64,000 nt of DNA from Carpediemonas membranifera BICM (taxonomy: Eukaryota > Protista > Fornicata): assembly GCA_019828565.1 (NCBI GenBank), contig JAHDYR010000003.1:372001-436000 (forward strand), read 5' to 3'. The notes beneath the pieces were generated by a model. The model made no database searches, was not told the origin of the DNA, and saw nothing but the letters and a program-made list of their open reading frames with translations. How positions within the stretch are numbered: the stretch's first letter is position 1; each line of letters opens with the position of its first letter. The position numbers and the translations under genes are program-made. This document shows, in pieces, positions 20,862-31,100 of the stretch.

Positions 20862-21200
20862 TTCATCCTTCCGTTCCCTAACATGTCACATCATGAAGGA
20901 CGGCAGACACCAGAGTTATTATTGAATTGTTGTCGTTGATCCCCTTAACATTGGAGATTACACGATCGTTCTTTTCATTCTTGATGAATTCAACGTCGCA
21001 AATTTGTCCGGCAAGTGACCCACATCCATGAAGAATTCTCAAGAAATTGAGGTCCAAAATTTAGCCATCGAAGATTCAGTGAGATCACGCATTCTGTGAC
21101 TCAATCAGTTTCCTGGCCACGTTGTTCTCATCTCAGGTCACAAGATACAGTGGCAATATTGTTGCATTTGCAGATTGAGCAGGCCGGAACTGCAAAACCT

Positions 21201-21812
21201 TTAAACCTTATCGGTGCTCTCCAGGCCCATATCAACGAAGACCTTCTTCAGATGTTCGACCACGGGTGAGAACTCGGCGAGCAGGGCCCCGACCTCGCCC
21301 TTGGGGTCACACTCAGCCCGGCCGGCCACGATCTTCTCGTGCAGAGTGGCGCGCTTAGGGACTGCGCCCATGCCGGCGCCGAATACCTTGCGGACGACGA
21401 ACCCGTGGTATGGCTTGAGTACGGCCTCGTACGTCGCCTTGGCGTGGTCGCCCATCTCACCTCCAGCCTCGTCCAGATAGCCCTTGAGGAGGCCCTCGAG
21501 GAACTCCATGCCGCGGCGGAGCCACAACAGGGAGACGGGGGCGAGGGCGTCGTTCTTCTTGTCGTTGACATCTCTGGCGAGCATGGCTTCGAGGCTGGGA
21601 GCGGGATTCGCCTCCATCTCCTTCCGGAGCTTCTTCATGTTGCCTTCGAAGTCCATCTTGAGAGGCTTGAAGGTGACGTTGCCGATCATGTCGAAGAAGG
21701 CCAGGAAAGGCTCAACGGCAGTGAGGAACGAGGCAATTTCGATCTCATTGCCATTGCGCTCGATGGACTGGAATTTCTCAGTGATTGCAGTGATAATAGA
21801 AGCGTTCGTCAT
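21201..21812 (-). CDS. GLTP: Glycolipid transfer protein (GLTP/HET-C2 family)
   Basis: FKPLKMDFEGNMKKL, SLLWLRRGMEFL, YEAVLKPYHGFVVRKVF motifs. Confidence 0.9.
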   Translation of the reverse strand: MTNASIITAITEKFQSIERNGNEIEIASFLTAVEPFLAFFDMIGNVTFKPLKMDFEGNMKKLRKEMEANPAPSLEAMLARDVNDKKNDALAPVSLLWLRRGMEFLEGLLKGYLDEAGGEMGDHAKATYEAVLKPYHGFVVRKVFGAGMGAVPKRATLHEKIVAGRAECDPKGEVGALLAEFSPVVEHLKKVFVDMGLESTDKV

Positions 21813-22145
21813 TGACGAGGGAGGGATGTCCGTTAGCGAATTGTCAGATTTGCGCAAAATCACTGAGAACCCGACTCACGACATGTCAGGATGGTCATAC
21901 TGGTCTCAGGAAAGTGTTTGAGCTAACAAATCGTTGAACAACGACCGAGATAATCTTTTCTCGCCTCCGAGAGGTGTCGCTGCTGACAATCGCTTTTCCA
22001 CCCAGATCCAAGGCAGACGAAACCAGGATAGTCGGACATCCATTAGGAGCAGAGGAGGTCCTCGTCTCCAGGTGTCAGAATCTCGTTGACCGGAGATCGT
22101 GATTGTGTCATTTTCCAAACGCAAAAGGTCGAACCGAAGGATTGA

Positions 22146-22694
22146 ATGAGTGATTCGACCCATAATGGCAGTGATATTCCCGCTATTGGAATGCTTCCTC
22201 TGTTCCAAGCACTTCCTGGCGTTGAGAATGCCATGTTTCCTCCGAAAGAGCGTTCTGCCGAAGAAATCCTGGCAAACATTGAACAACTGAGCAACCTCCA
22301 GGCCAATGAGAGCAATAACAAGAGTCAGAAAGGTTCAACCCACCGTGGCTTTAATCTTGAGCAACTAGCAGTGTTGGTCGCATGTTTTCGTCTTCAATGC
22401 TACCCATCCCGCGAAGAGATCGGCAATATCGCTCAGTACACTGGCCTAGATGTCCTCAAAGTCCGCACCTGGTTCCAAAACAGCAGAACTCGTGGCGTCA
22501 GCGACTGCCCCGCTGCTGACGCCGTTGACGCCCAGAGAATCCTGGATGGAACCATCCCAGACCCAGCTTTCGTGGTCCGAAAGACTGTGCCAGAGTCAGA
22601 GTCATGGACCCAGTGCACTTCCCTACCGTCAGAGCTGATGGAGCTGTATGACATGGGGGTCCTGGACGCGATGCTCGGGGTCGTCAGAACGTAG
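22146..22694 (+). CDS. Homeodomain protein
   Basis: FNLEQLAVL...F....YPSREE...IAQYTGLDVLKVRTWFQNSRTR. Confidence 0.85.
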   Translation: MSDSTHNGSDIPAIGMLPLFQALPGVENAMFPPKERSAEEILANIEQLSNLQANESNNKSQKGSTHRGFNLEQLAVLVACFRLQCYPSREEIGNIAQYTGLDVLKVRTWFQNSRTRGVSDCPAADAVDAQRILDGTIPDPAFVVRKTVPESESWTQCTSLPSELMELYDMGVLDAMLGVVRT

Positions 22695-23165
22695 GGTGTC
22701 TGATGCTTGTCGTCTCGAGACGTCGCAAGTGCTTTAGCCGCGGTGATCGTTTTCTCAGTAGACCAACTGAATTGAATCTCCATCACGCTCTCGCCTGACA
22801 GAGTCGATATCCACTAGATGTCGAATTGTGTTTTCCACCACGATTTCCGCCGCTATTATTGCTCATATCGCAACCCGTAATCTCAGCTGAGCCGTTCCCC
22901 CTCCCTCTCATGTGGCAGGGTCGCCAGGGAGAGCTTCTTGAAAACAAAGCAAATATCATCTCACTTGATACCGGCTTCAACCATCTTGAGTCAACTGACC
23001 GCTGCAGCCAGACACATTGACGAGCGTCAGCCGTCAATTGCTACATGGTGTCACAATGCCACTTACCAGCGCTCCAAGCTGTCACTGGCCTATAAAATCT
23101 GTCTCAGGACTGCATATTTAACCACAGCCTCTTTTATTATAATGACGGACATGTCACATCCAGAG

Positions 23166-23948
23166 TTAGAACACCGGAATAAACGGCACAACCCACACTG
23201 TCACAGTATGTGTGAAGGCGTTGACACAGACGAAGCACTGGTTGAACCTCACTCTGCTTACTCGGTTCAGTCGTTCGTCAGGGAACAGTCTGATCCCATC
23301 AATTGATTCAACATTGAATGCCTTAACCTGCGATTCAATAGCCTTTGTCTGAGAATTCCTGAACACGGCGACGAAGTACTTGAACAGGGCCTTGAGAGTC
23401 TCTTCATATGGCTCCCATTCATCATCGAACTGGCACATGCCCCCGCCAACCACGAGGGTCGAGAGAAGCTGGAAGAGGAACTCCGATCGCTCGAAGTCAG
23501 AGTAGAGGAAATAATTCCCGTCGGGGTCGTCTTCATGGACTAGAAGGGTTTGGAGAAGATTGTGGATCGGGATGCCCTCGAAGGTATCAGGGATGCACTT
23601 CGCAATGGAGCCGTCGGGGCGTATGATGGGGCCATTTAGACGCTCGAACATATCGAGGGTCAGGGCTTGGCAGGAGAGCTCAGTGAACTTGATCGATCCG
23701 ACGGTTCCTGTTGGGCATGAGCGGATGTCTCGGTTGGTGGTTACTTGAATGGACTGGAAAGCTTCAGAACTGAACAAAGCCTTCAGAAGTTCTTCGGAAT
23801 TCGTGCCGTCGTAGCGCTCGCCGGAAAAGGAGAACTTGGCAAGGGTGGAATGAGGTTCAATGTCCCATTTCGAAAGATTCTTCTTGATTTCTTCATCGTC
23901 GAATGGTCCTCTGTTCACCTCAACCCGTTCAAACTCGAAACCAGCCAT
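23166..23948 (-). CDS. CFAP300: Cilia- and flagella-associated protein 300 (C11orf70 homolog)
   Basis: YSDFERSEFLFQLLSTLVVGGGMCQFDD..PY..TLK..FK..VAV motif matches recalled CFAP300 consensus. Confidence 0.8.
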   Translation of the reverse strand: MAGFEFERVEVNRGPFDDEEIKKNLSKWDIEPHSTLAKFSFSGERYDGTNSEELLKALFSSEAFQSIQVTTNRDIRSCPTGTVGSIKFTELSCQALTLDMFERLNGPIIRPDGSIAKCIPDTFEGIPIHNLLQTLLVHEDDPDGNYFLYSDFERSEFLFQLLSTLVVGGGMCQFDDEWEPYEETLKALFKYFVAVFRNSQTKAIESQVKAFNVESIDGIRLFPDERLNRVSRVRFNQCFVCVNAFTHTVTVWVVPFIPVF

Positions 23949-24564
23949 TCTCGAGCGTTTTTGGACTTTGCAAAATATGTGTACGCGGACGCTGGATCTA
24001 GGGCTCTGCGCAGGTTCTGGCCGGATGTTTGGCTCAGCATGGCGGCAGTAGCTTCTTTTCGCCGAGACGGAAAACAGTAGGCAGGAATCGGAACCCAAAC
24101 ACAACGAGTCGACATCCTTGGACCACCGGACACTTTCATCTTGTAATCATGGAAATGTGATGCACCAAACAACTTCTCGGATAGCGGGCTTGGATGGAAA
24201 CGTCAGATGTGCTGCTTATGCGAACCGAGGTCAACCCGCTAAGATTTGCACCTAACAGGACACAAAGGCACAAGCTTACTGATGGTTGTTCAACAATTTC
24301 GACTTGCCAGCGTGCTAAGTATGCGTACTGGCGTATTTTCGGGCCTTTGTCAGTTTTGCGCAACGGTCGTTTCGCCAGCGTTAGTGGCAGCTCCGCCCCC
24401 GGCCTGTAGGCTGGCCGGCGTTTGACAGACTTGGACCGGTGCGGACCGGTACATTGAGAGGTATGTATACGGGTAAATCGTTTTGCGCAACCGAAAACTA
24501 TCAAGTCTCCCATTTGGGAGAGACCAATATTGGACATTTCTTTCTGATTGCGCTGCATCTGACA

Positions 24565-25794
24565 ATGGTCCCTCTGATAGGCTCCATCTTTGCTGCTTCG
24601 AATTCCATTGCTTCACTGATCGCTCCAGCCACTGCATCCGATTCGTTGTCGTCCACCATCGGTATCAGCCTCTTTCTTCTGTTTTGGGTGGCTGCACTCG
24701 TTATCAGTGTCCTGATCGCGGTCTTTGCTGTTTTTATCGCCATTGCGGCATTCGCCCTCTTCGTTGGTCTCATCATCTTCCAGTTTGTCCGAGGGGGCGG
24801 CCCAGGCAAGAACGAGAATGTCATGGTGCCGCCGAACCCCACCAATGCGCCCCTGGTTCGTCTGTCACGTGACCAGGCCAGGGTCACGCAGCGCACCAGA
24901 CGCCACGGCGACCATATCCAGTTCGTGCCATTCGAAGACAACGAATGGTACCAGGGCCGCGTAAGCGCCGTTGGGAAGTCCGCCCGCGTTTTCTGTAACA
25001 AAGTCAATAAGGCGGAGCACGCCGACAAGATACTAGAGACGGTGCGTGCCCAGCATGCTGCCAACATCATCGGCATCTGCCGGGTGTACGGCTTCATGCG
25101 AGACAACCAACACCAGTTCATCTTCAAGGAGACGCCCACGCGTGCTCTCCAGACGGTGCTTCAGATCAAGCTGTTTAAGTTCCCCTGGGAGACCCGCCTC
25201 CAAATGACCCGGGACGTAGCCACGACGATGGCCCAGGCGCACGCCCAGGGGTTGACCCACGGCAATCTTTGTGACACTACCATCCTTGTCTTCAACGATC
25301 ACGCCAAAATCGACGACTTCGGACTCAATCCGGAGCCTGGAATCCAGGACTATTATGCGCACGATATCGAACAATTCGGCCGCATCTTCTGGCGCGTCAT
25401 GCACCGTCGCTCTCTGCCCTATGACCCTGCCGACCTGATGATTCCCCCGCCCGAGGGCTGCCCTCCAGAGCTCTATACTGCCGTCATGGCCTGTATCGGC
25501 AACCCCAACGAGAGGCCCAACTTCGAAGGAGTATGCAAGCTCCTCGGATGCCCGACCAGGCACCCAGATCCTTTGGCTACCGCAGGCGGGGCACCTTTCA
25601 TGCAGCCTCCTGCTGGCACGATGCCGCCCGCTCCCGCCGAGGCCCAGACCGCTTTCCCTCCTGAGACCCAGCCCTACGTTCAACAGGCGCCCATGCCTAT
25701 GCCTCCGATGCCCGCATCGAACTATGACAATTCTTACCCTGGTCACACTGAGGGTGGAGCCGGCCCTAACTGGGACAACATGTACGGCACATAA
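24565..25794 (+). CDS. Single-pass membrane TKL-like pseudokinase with a Pro-rich tail
   Basis: TM segment, WETRLQMTRDVA, HGNL in place of HRDL, KIDDFGL, PPEGCPPELY...C...PNERPNF; no Gly-rich loop. Confidence 0.75.
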   Translation: MVPLIGSIFAASNSIASLIAPATASDSLSSTIGISLFLLFWVAALVISVLIAVFAVFIAIAAFALFVGLIIFQFVRGGGPGKNENVMVPPNPTNAPLVRLSRDQARVTQRTRRHGDHIQFVPFEDNEWYQGRVSAVGKSARVFCNKVNKAEHADKILETVRAQHAANIIGICRVYGFMRDNQHQFIFKETPTRALQTVLQIKLFKFPWETRLQMTRDVATTMAQAHAQGLTHGNLCDTTILVFNDHAKIDDFGLNPEPGIQDYYAHDIEQFGRIFWRVMHRRSLPYDPADLMIPPPEGCPPELYTAVMACIGNPNERPNFEGVCKLLGCPTRHPDPLATAGGAPFMQPPAGTMPPAPAEAQTAFPPETQPYVQQAPMPMPPMPASNYDNSYPGHTEGGAGPNWDNMYGT

Positions 25795-26297
25795 TGCCAT
25801 AAATGTATCATAATCGATGTTATGTGCATTTTACGCAATTTCTTAGACATGAACGGTCAACAGAACCAAACGACTCGTTTACCAACCGGAGGTGGCAAGA
25901 ATGACAGACTGCCGTTGTGTAGGGCCCGCCTGAACGCGACCAGGCTGTCGATGCTCCATGCGACCAGAGACTTGACTTATTTCGGTCGGGATGAGCGGCA
26001 AAGAACTGCGAACTGTGCCGACATCCACCCAAAGAAGAGCCCTCAGGAACGCCTAGGGTCTACTCTCGATCATGCCTGACCCGCATTGGCCGCTAATCAA
26101 CTAATCAACGGCGGATTACTGGAGTTCCAAGCCCAGCAACACGGATGTTTACAATCAGCACCTCAACGGCAGAACTACTTCTACCCCAACGGCAGTGTCT
26201 CCGCCATGGCCACGCACATTGAGACACATTACCGAAATACGGACTTCGCCAAGTCCGGCCAATGATTTGACATGTGATATCGTCGCACAAGCCACAG

Positions 26298-28070
26298 ATG
26301 GCTACAATTGACCATGATTCGGACTTCGATCGCTTCGAAATGATGTCTGAAGAACAGCTCTTGCTTGAAATCATGTAAGACACACACTAGGCTGTTAAGG
26401 AACGAGACCGGTGAGCCAGTCGCATCAGTGGGAATCAACCGAGATGTATCCTGTATGGTGAATCTAATGGACGATCTACAACGGGTTAACACACTATTCC
26501 AGCAGATGGACGCGTTTAGCCAAAGCACGTGGTGGATTCGGGATCGGATGGTGTGGGATGCTGATGGGAGCATCACCACGTCCGACGGCAAGCCCTGGGG
26601 AACGCTGTTACACATCACTCAGAGCTGCAGGAGTTTGTTTGGCTACTCTTCTGAGATGCTCATGGCCCACCCTAATCTATGGATGAACGCGATTGCCAAG
26701 GAGGAATTGAAAGAAATGAAACAATCAGTTGACGAGTTCAACGAGCTGTGCATGTCCCACGACCCTTGCCGGGCTAGCGCTGTCGTCTTCCACAAGCTTG
26801 TGCTGCCCGACAACCAGGTGAAATATGGCAGGTTCCAGCGGAAACCCGTGTTTAACAGCCGCGGCGAGGTCTCCAGAGTTGCTGGAGTTGTTTCAGACGT
26901 CACCTTCTTCATCACAAGACAGAAGCAGCTAGCAGAGTATGAGGGCAAGTTGAAGGCCATCATGGATCATATTGAGGCTTATGTCTTCCTCGTCGATGTT
27001 AGTGCTGAAGGAAAGCCAACAATTTTATTCGTCAGCAAGTTTGTAGAAACGTTGACTGGGTATGAAGGGAGGCAGATTATGGAAGATACGGGCTTTTGGT
27101 CTCGCGTGTTGGTCCATCCTGATGACCGAGCAATGGTCCAAGTCGAAGGGGAAGAACTCATGTCACACAGTCACATGAACGAACAGAGGCAGCAGAGTTA
27201 CCGGATTGTAACTGCAAACGGTGAGGTTAAGAACATACTTGTGAATGTCAACAAGACGCCAGGTGATGAGGACACCATGTTCTTGCTGGGGATTGCTTAC
27301 GACTGTAAGGTCTGACATGGCCAAATCTCCTCCAGCTCCAGGACAAGGAATTGATGGAGCAACAGGCGCACGAGGCACAGCGCATGGAGATCCTGGGCAT
27401 GCTGGCTGATGGAATCGCGAGCGACTTCACGCAGATCCTGCGCGTGATCATTGGCAATGCTAAGAAGATACTGAACGCCACCGACGATGGTGCTGGGGCC
27501 AATGCCGAGCTGAACCTATTGCTCAACGAAGTCATCGACTCGGCTTGGCTGATCACTTCATTTACTGATCAACTCCGAGCATATTCAGGCAAAGGCACGA
27601 TGACCATGACCGCAGTCTCATTGACTTCGATGCTACGGAAGATGAAGCAGTTCATGGAGACACCGAGCAACATCACAGCCACATGGGAGCTCGTCGAAGA
27701 GGGAACATTACCCTTGGTCAGAGGCGACGAGGTCAGGCTCAGCCAGGTCGTCCAGAACCTTTTCACTAACAGCGTAGAGGCCATTGGTAGATGCGAGGGG
27801 ACCATTACAGTGTCGACCGGCACAATGCTGGATGCATCCGGCCACCCGGAGCGTGTATTCGTCCGGATTACGGACACGGGCTGCGGCATGGACTCTGCCA
27901 TCATGGACCGTCTGTTCGAGCCCATGTTCTCGACGAAGTTCACTGGCCGCGGGCTGGGCATGGCCGCCGTCAAGGGCATCGTTGACGCCCACGGCGGGTC
28001 GATCGACGTCGAGTCGGAGGTCGGCGCGGGCACCACGTTCACGGTGTTCTTCCCTGTAGATTCTCAGTGA
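26298..28070 (+). CDS. PAS-domain histidine kinase paralog lacking the phospho-acceptor His (likely intron 27310-27341; 5' part frame-disrupted near 26373)
   Basis: PAS repeats (VHPDDR); H-box reads GIASDFTQIL; intact DTGCGM/FEPMFSTK/GRGLGMA. Removing the 32-nt GT..AG intron gives DCKDKELMEQQAHEAQRME. Confidence 0.7.
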
Positions 28071-28175
28071 CAGCGGTCGATGATAGCTATGTTTCATTTC
28101 ATTCGTTAAGAGATTCTGATCAGATTATCAAGCGAAGCATAAACTTTAAATAAAATACTGAAAGATAGCGGCAAC

Positions 28176-31100
28176 TCAACGCTTCTCCACACCGAGGAAA
28201 TCGCCCAGCAGGGTGTCAGGGACGACCTGGTCCTTCGGTATCATAGTGAGCAGCCCCCGGACCATGGCCTCGTCGTCGGACAGCCGGCGGAAGATGGGAA
28301 CAAATGCAAGGCGGTAGACCACGATGAGGGAGACGAGGCATATGACGAGAATGGGAGCTTGGCCGACCCAGTAGACGTAGTGGACAGCCTGCACGAGCCG
28401 GTGGAGCGATGCCATGTTGCTGGAGTAGAGCTCAGCAAGCGCCTGGGCCACTCCGAGGGCGTTGGCGAAGTCCGCGGACTGCGTGCCATCAACACAGACA
28501 CAAGAGCCGAAGTCCGGGTCGAGCGACGACACAGCGTTCTTGAACACGGCCAGGGCCTCTCTCGGGGTCGTCCCGCCACACTCAATGGGAGAACTGATCT
28601 CACGGTCGTCTGATCTGTCGGGGAAGGCGTCAGCAAAGAGGGCCAGTGTGTTTGAATCAGACAGACTGATGGCGGCGCGGTCGATCTCGCGGACCCTCGA
28701 GGTGACACGGGCATAGTCACTGGTGCTCGTAGTGGGTGAGCTAGCCACGCCTACGAGGAGGGAAGCCGCGTTGAAGACGTCAGCGGCCCTGGCCCCCTCG
28801 ATTGGGATAGCCGCGCTCTGGGTGATGGGTAAGTAGACGATGAGCGTGTACGAGACGAAGGCCGTGAACAGGAAGGCGATACCAGTCAGTGTACCCGTGG
28901 AGATCTGCTCGAAGCGGCGGAGACGGAGCAAGCTGACCTGTTGCCTGACGACGTTGATGCTCTGCAGCGCGGGCGGTGTGGCGATCTTAAGAACAGACCG
29001 ACAGAACATGTAGTAGGTGCCGAGGATGCTGGCGAGGAAGACAAGGAAGAGGAAGATCTGGACGATCGTGCGGGACCACGTATCGGTGACCGCAGTGTCG
29101 ATGACCGATGACAACTCCGTCGACAACTTGTTTGAGCAGTCATATATTGAATCGACCAGTTCAGCAAAGTACGCGTCAAACAGCAGCGAGCGGGCTAATG
29201 CAGCCTGCTCCCCACGTGACAGGATCTCGTCAGAGGCTGTGTTCGAGTACACCATGCGGTCGGGGTAAAGGATGGATAAATGAGCTGAGCCTGTCTCGGC
29301 CGTGATGTTGAAAGCGTACCCGTCCATTGACCCGGCGACAGAATCCGGAATGGAGGCTGCCCAGATTCCGAGCTGGGCGGAGACCCGGACGATGTGGACG
29401 ACGTCGGCCCATGACCGTTGAAGGGACTCGGCGGTGGCAGCAAAGTCGTCGTCGACTTCATAGTTGTTGACAAAGAGTGTTGGATCTTCGGCTAGGATAG
29501 ACTTGAGGGTGTAGAGGTCAGCCGTCTTGAACCGTTGCGCGAATAACCGTGCCGTCTTAAGCGTCTGCCTGACAGTGGTGTGGAAGTCCGACGTGTCCCG
29601 GAGGTAGTCGTGCTTGATCTGGTTGTTGTCGTTGGCCTCGAGCGTCATGGTGGCGATGTTCTCAGCAATGGCGAGGGCAATAGAGTTCAGGGCGATGGAG
29701 ATGCAGAACATGACCACAATCATCGCAATGACGTTCAGGAAGAGATTCTGGGATAATGTTCGCATCTTACGAACGAAGCCGGCGTTGGTGTCACCATCAC
29801 CGTCGACGCAGGTGACCTCCGAGGCTGACCGCATCAGACTCCCGATCGAGAGCGAGACAGAGTGCTTCGACCCCCGACTGGTGATAGAGGCCGCTGAGGC
29901 AGCACTGGCTCTGCTGACACTGCTTCTGAGACTGAGATTCGAGGCCGACGTCGTCGCACTAGACATACCAGTGTCAGTATGCATCGGGTCGTCCAGTTGG
30001 GCGCTCTCGCTGCTCATCCGGTACATCTCTCGGAGGACATCCAGACGTCTGAAGTCGATGACCTTGAGGCGAACGTTAATGAGCAGGGCAACGATGAGGA
30101 CGGTAGTTGCGACCACCCGGAGCCCGAGGAGGATGCGGAGGGAGTTGTTCTGGACTGTCAAGACGATCGATTGCTCAGTGACAAGCGATTCGACCTCGGA
30201 TTTGCTGCGGTCAAGGAGATACGATTTGACGTCATCGATGGCATCAGCAGATGTGTCCTTGAATTTCCAGTACTTGCTGTCCGCCATGACGGCTTGGGCA
30301 ATCGAGCTCTTGGTGTCAGAATCCAGCTCTAGGTCAGCTGCCGAGTCGCTATAGTAGCCATACTGCGCTCTCTCGGTATAATATGTTGTGTGATCAGAGG
30401 AGTAGGTCGTCTCAGTCGTGATATCGTATGAATAATCGGTCAACTGGCACCGAGTGCCCAGGTTGTAGCCCCACGCCGACCTGGCTAATAGAACGCTGTT
30501 GGTCTCAATGTACTCTGCAGCGCTCTCTGCGTTGAGGGCGGCGAGAAGGTTGTCCTGGATGGAGTGTGACTCGACCGACAGTTCGATCGCCTCAGTGACA
30601 TCCTCTCTGGCATCTCTGACTGCCCAGTGGATGGACTCAGCATCCAGATACGGTCCCTGGGCGAATCTCATGGCCGACCAAGTCCTTTGATCGACCAAAT
30701 CTTGCAGATGTTCGAGTCTAGTCACAATGTCATTGGCTGTGGTGAATGATGATGTCAGCTGGGGATAGAGTGTGACCAGAACAATGGACGCACCGACTAG
30801 GAGACACAGGAGAGAGATGCCCATCACCAGCATCAGGATGAGGGCGACCCAAATGAACCTCAGCCGCAGTCGTAGGGAGCCGTGCTGCTTTGCCAGGGTC
30901 CGGGCGACCTCAGCGAGGTCCACACCCTCGAGTGGGTTGACCTCCAGAGTAAGCACTGGGTTGTCCAGTATGTCAATCGCCTTCTCCTGGTTCATACGAA
31001 GGGCCTCGCCCTCGTCGTCGTCCTCGTCTGAGCTGAACTTCCCGATCTCGTCAGTGGCAGTGGAAACGGTGTCTAGGGTTGTCGGGCCATCCCCCTCGAC

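Noticed and set aside
26375-26390. Possible 16-nt intron GTAAGACACACACTAG restoring the kinase frame
   Set aside because: Far below the 28-38 nt local norm, and the segment itself resembles PAS coding sequence of the paralog; a deletion junction or indel is more likely
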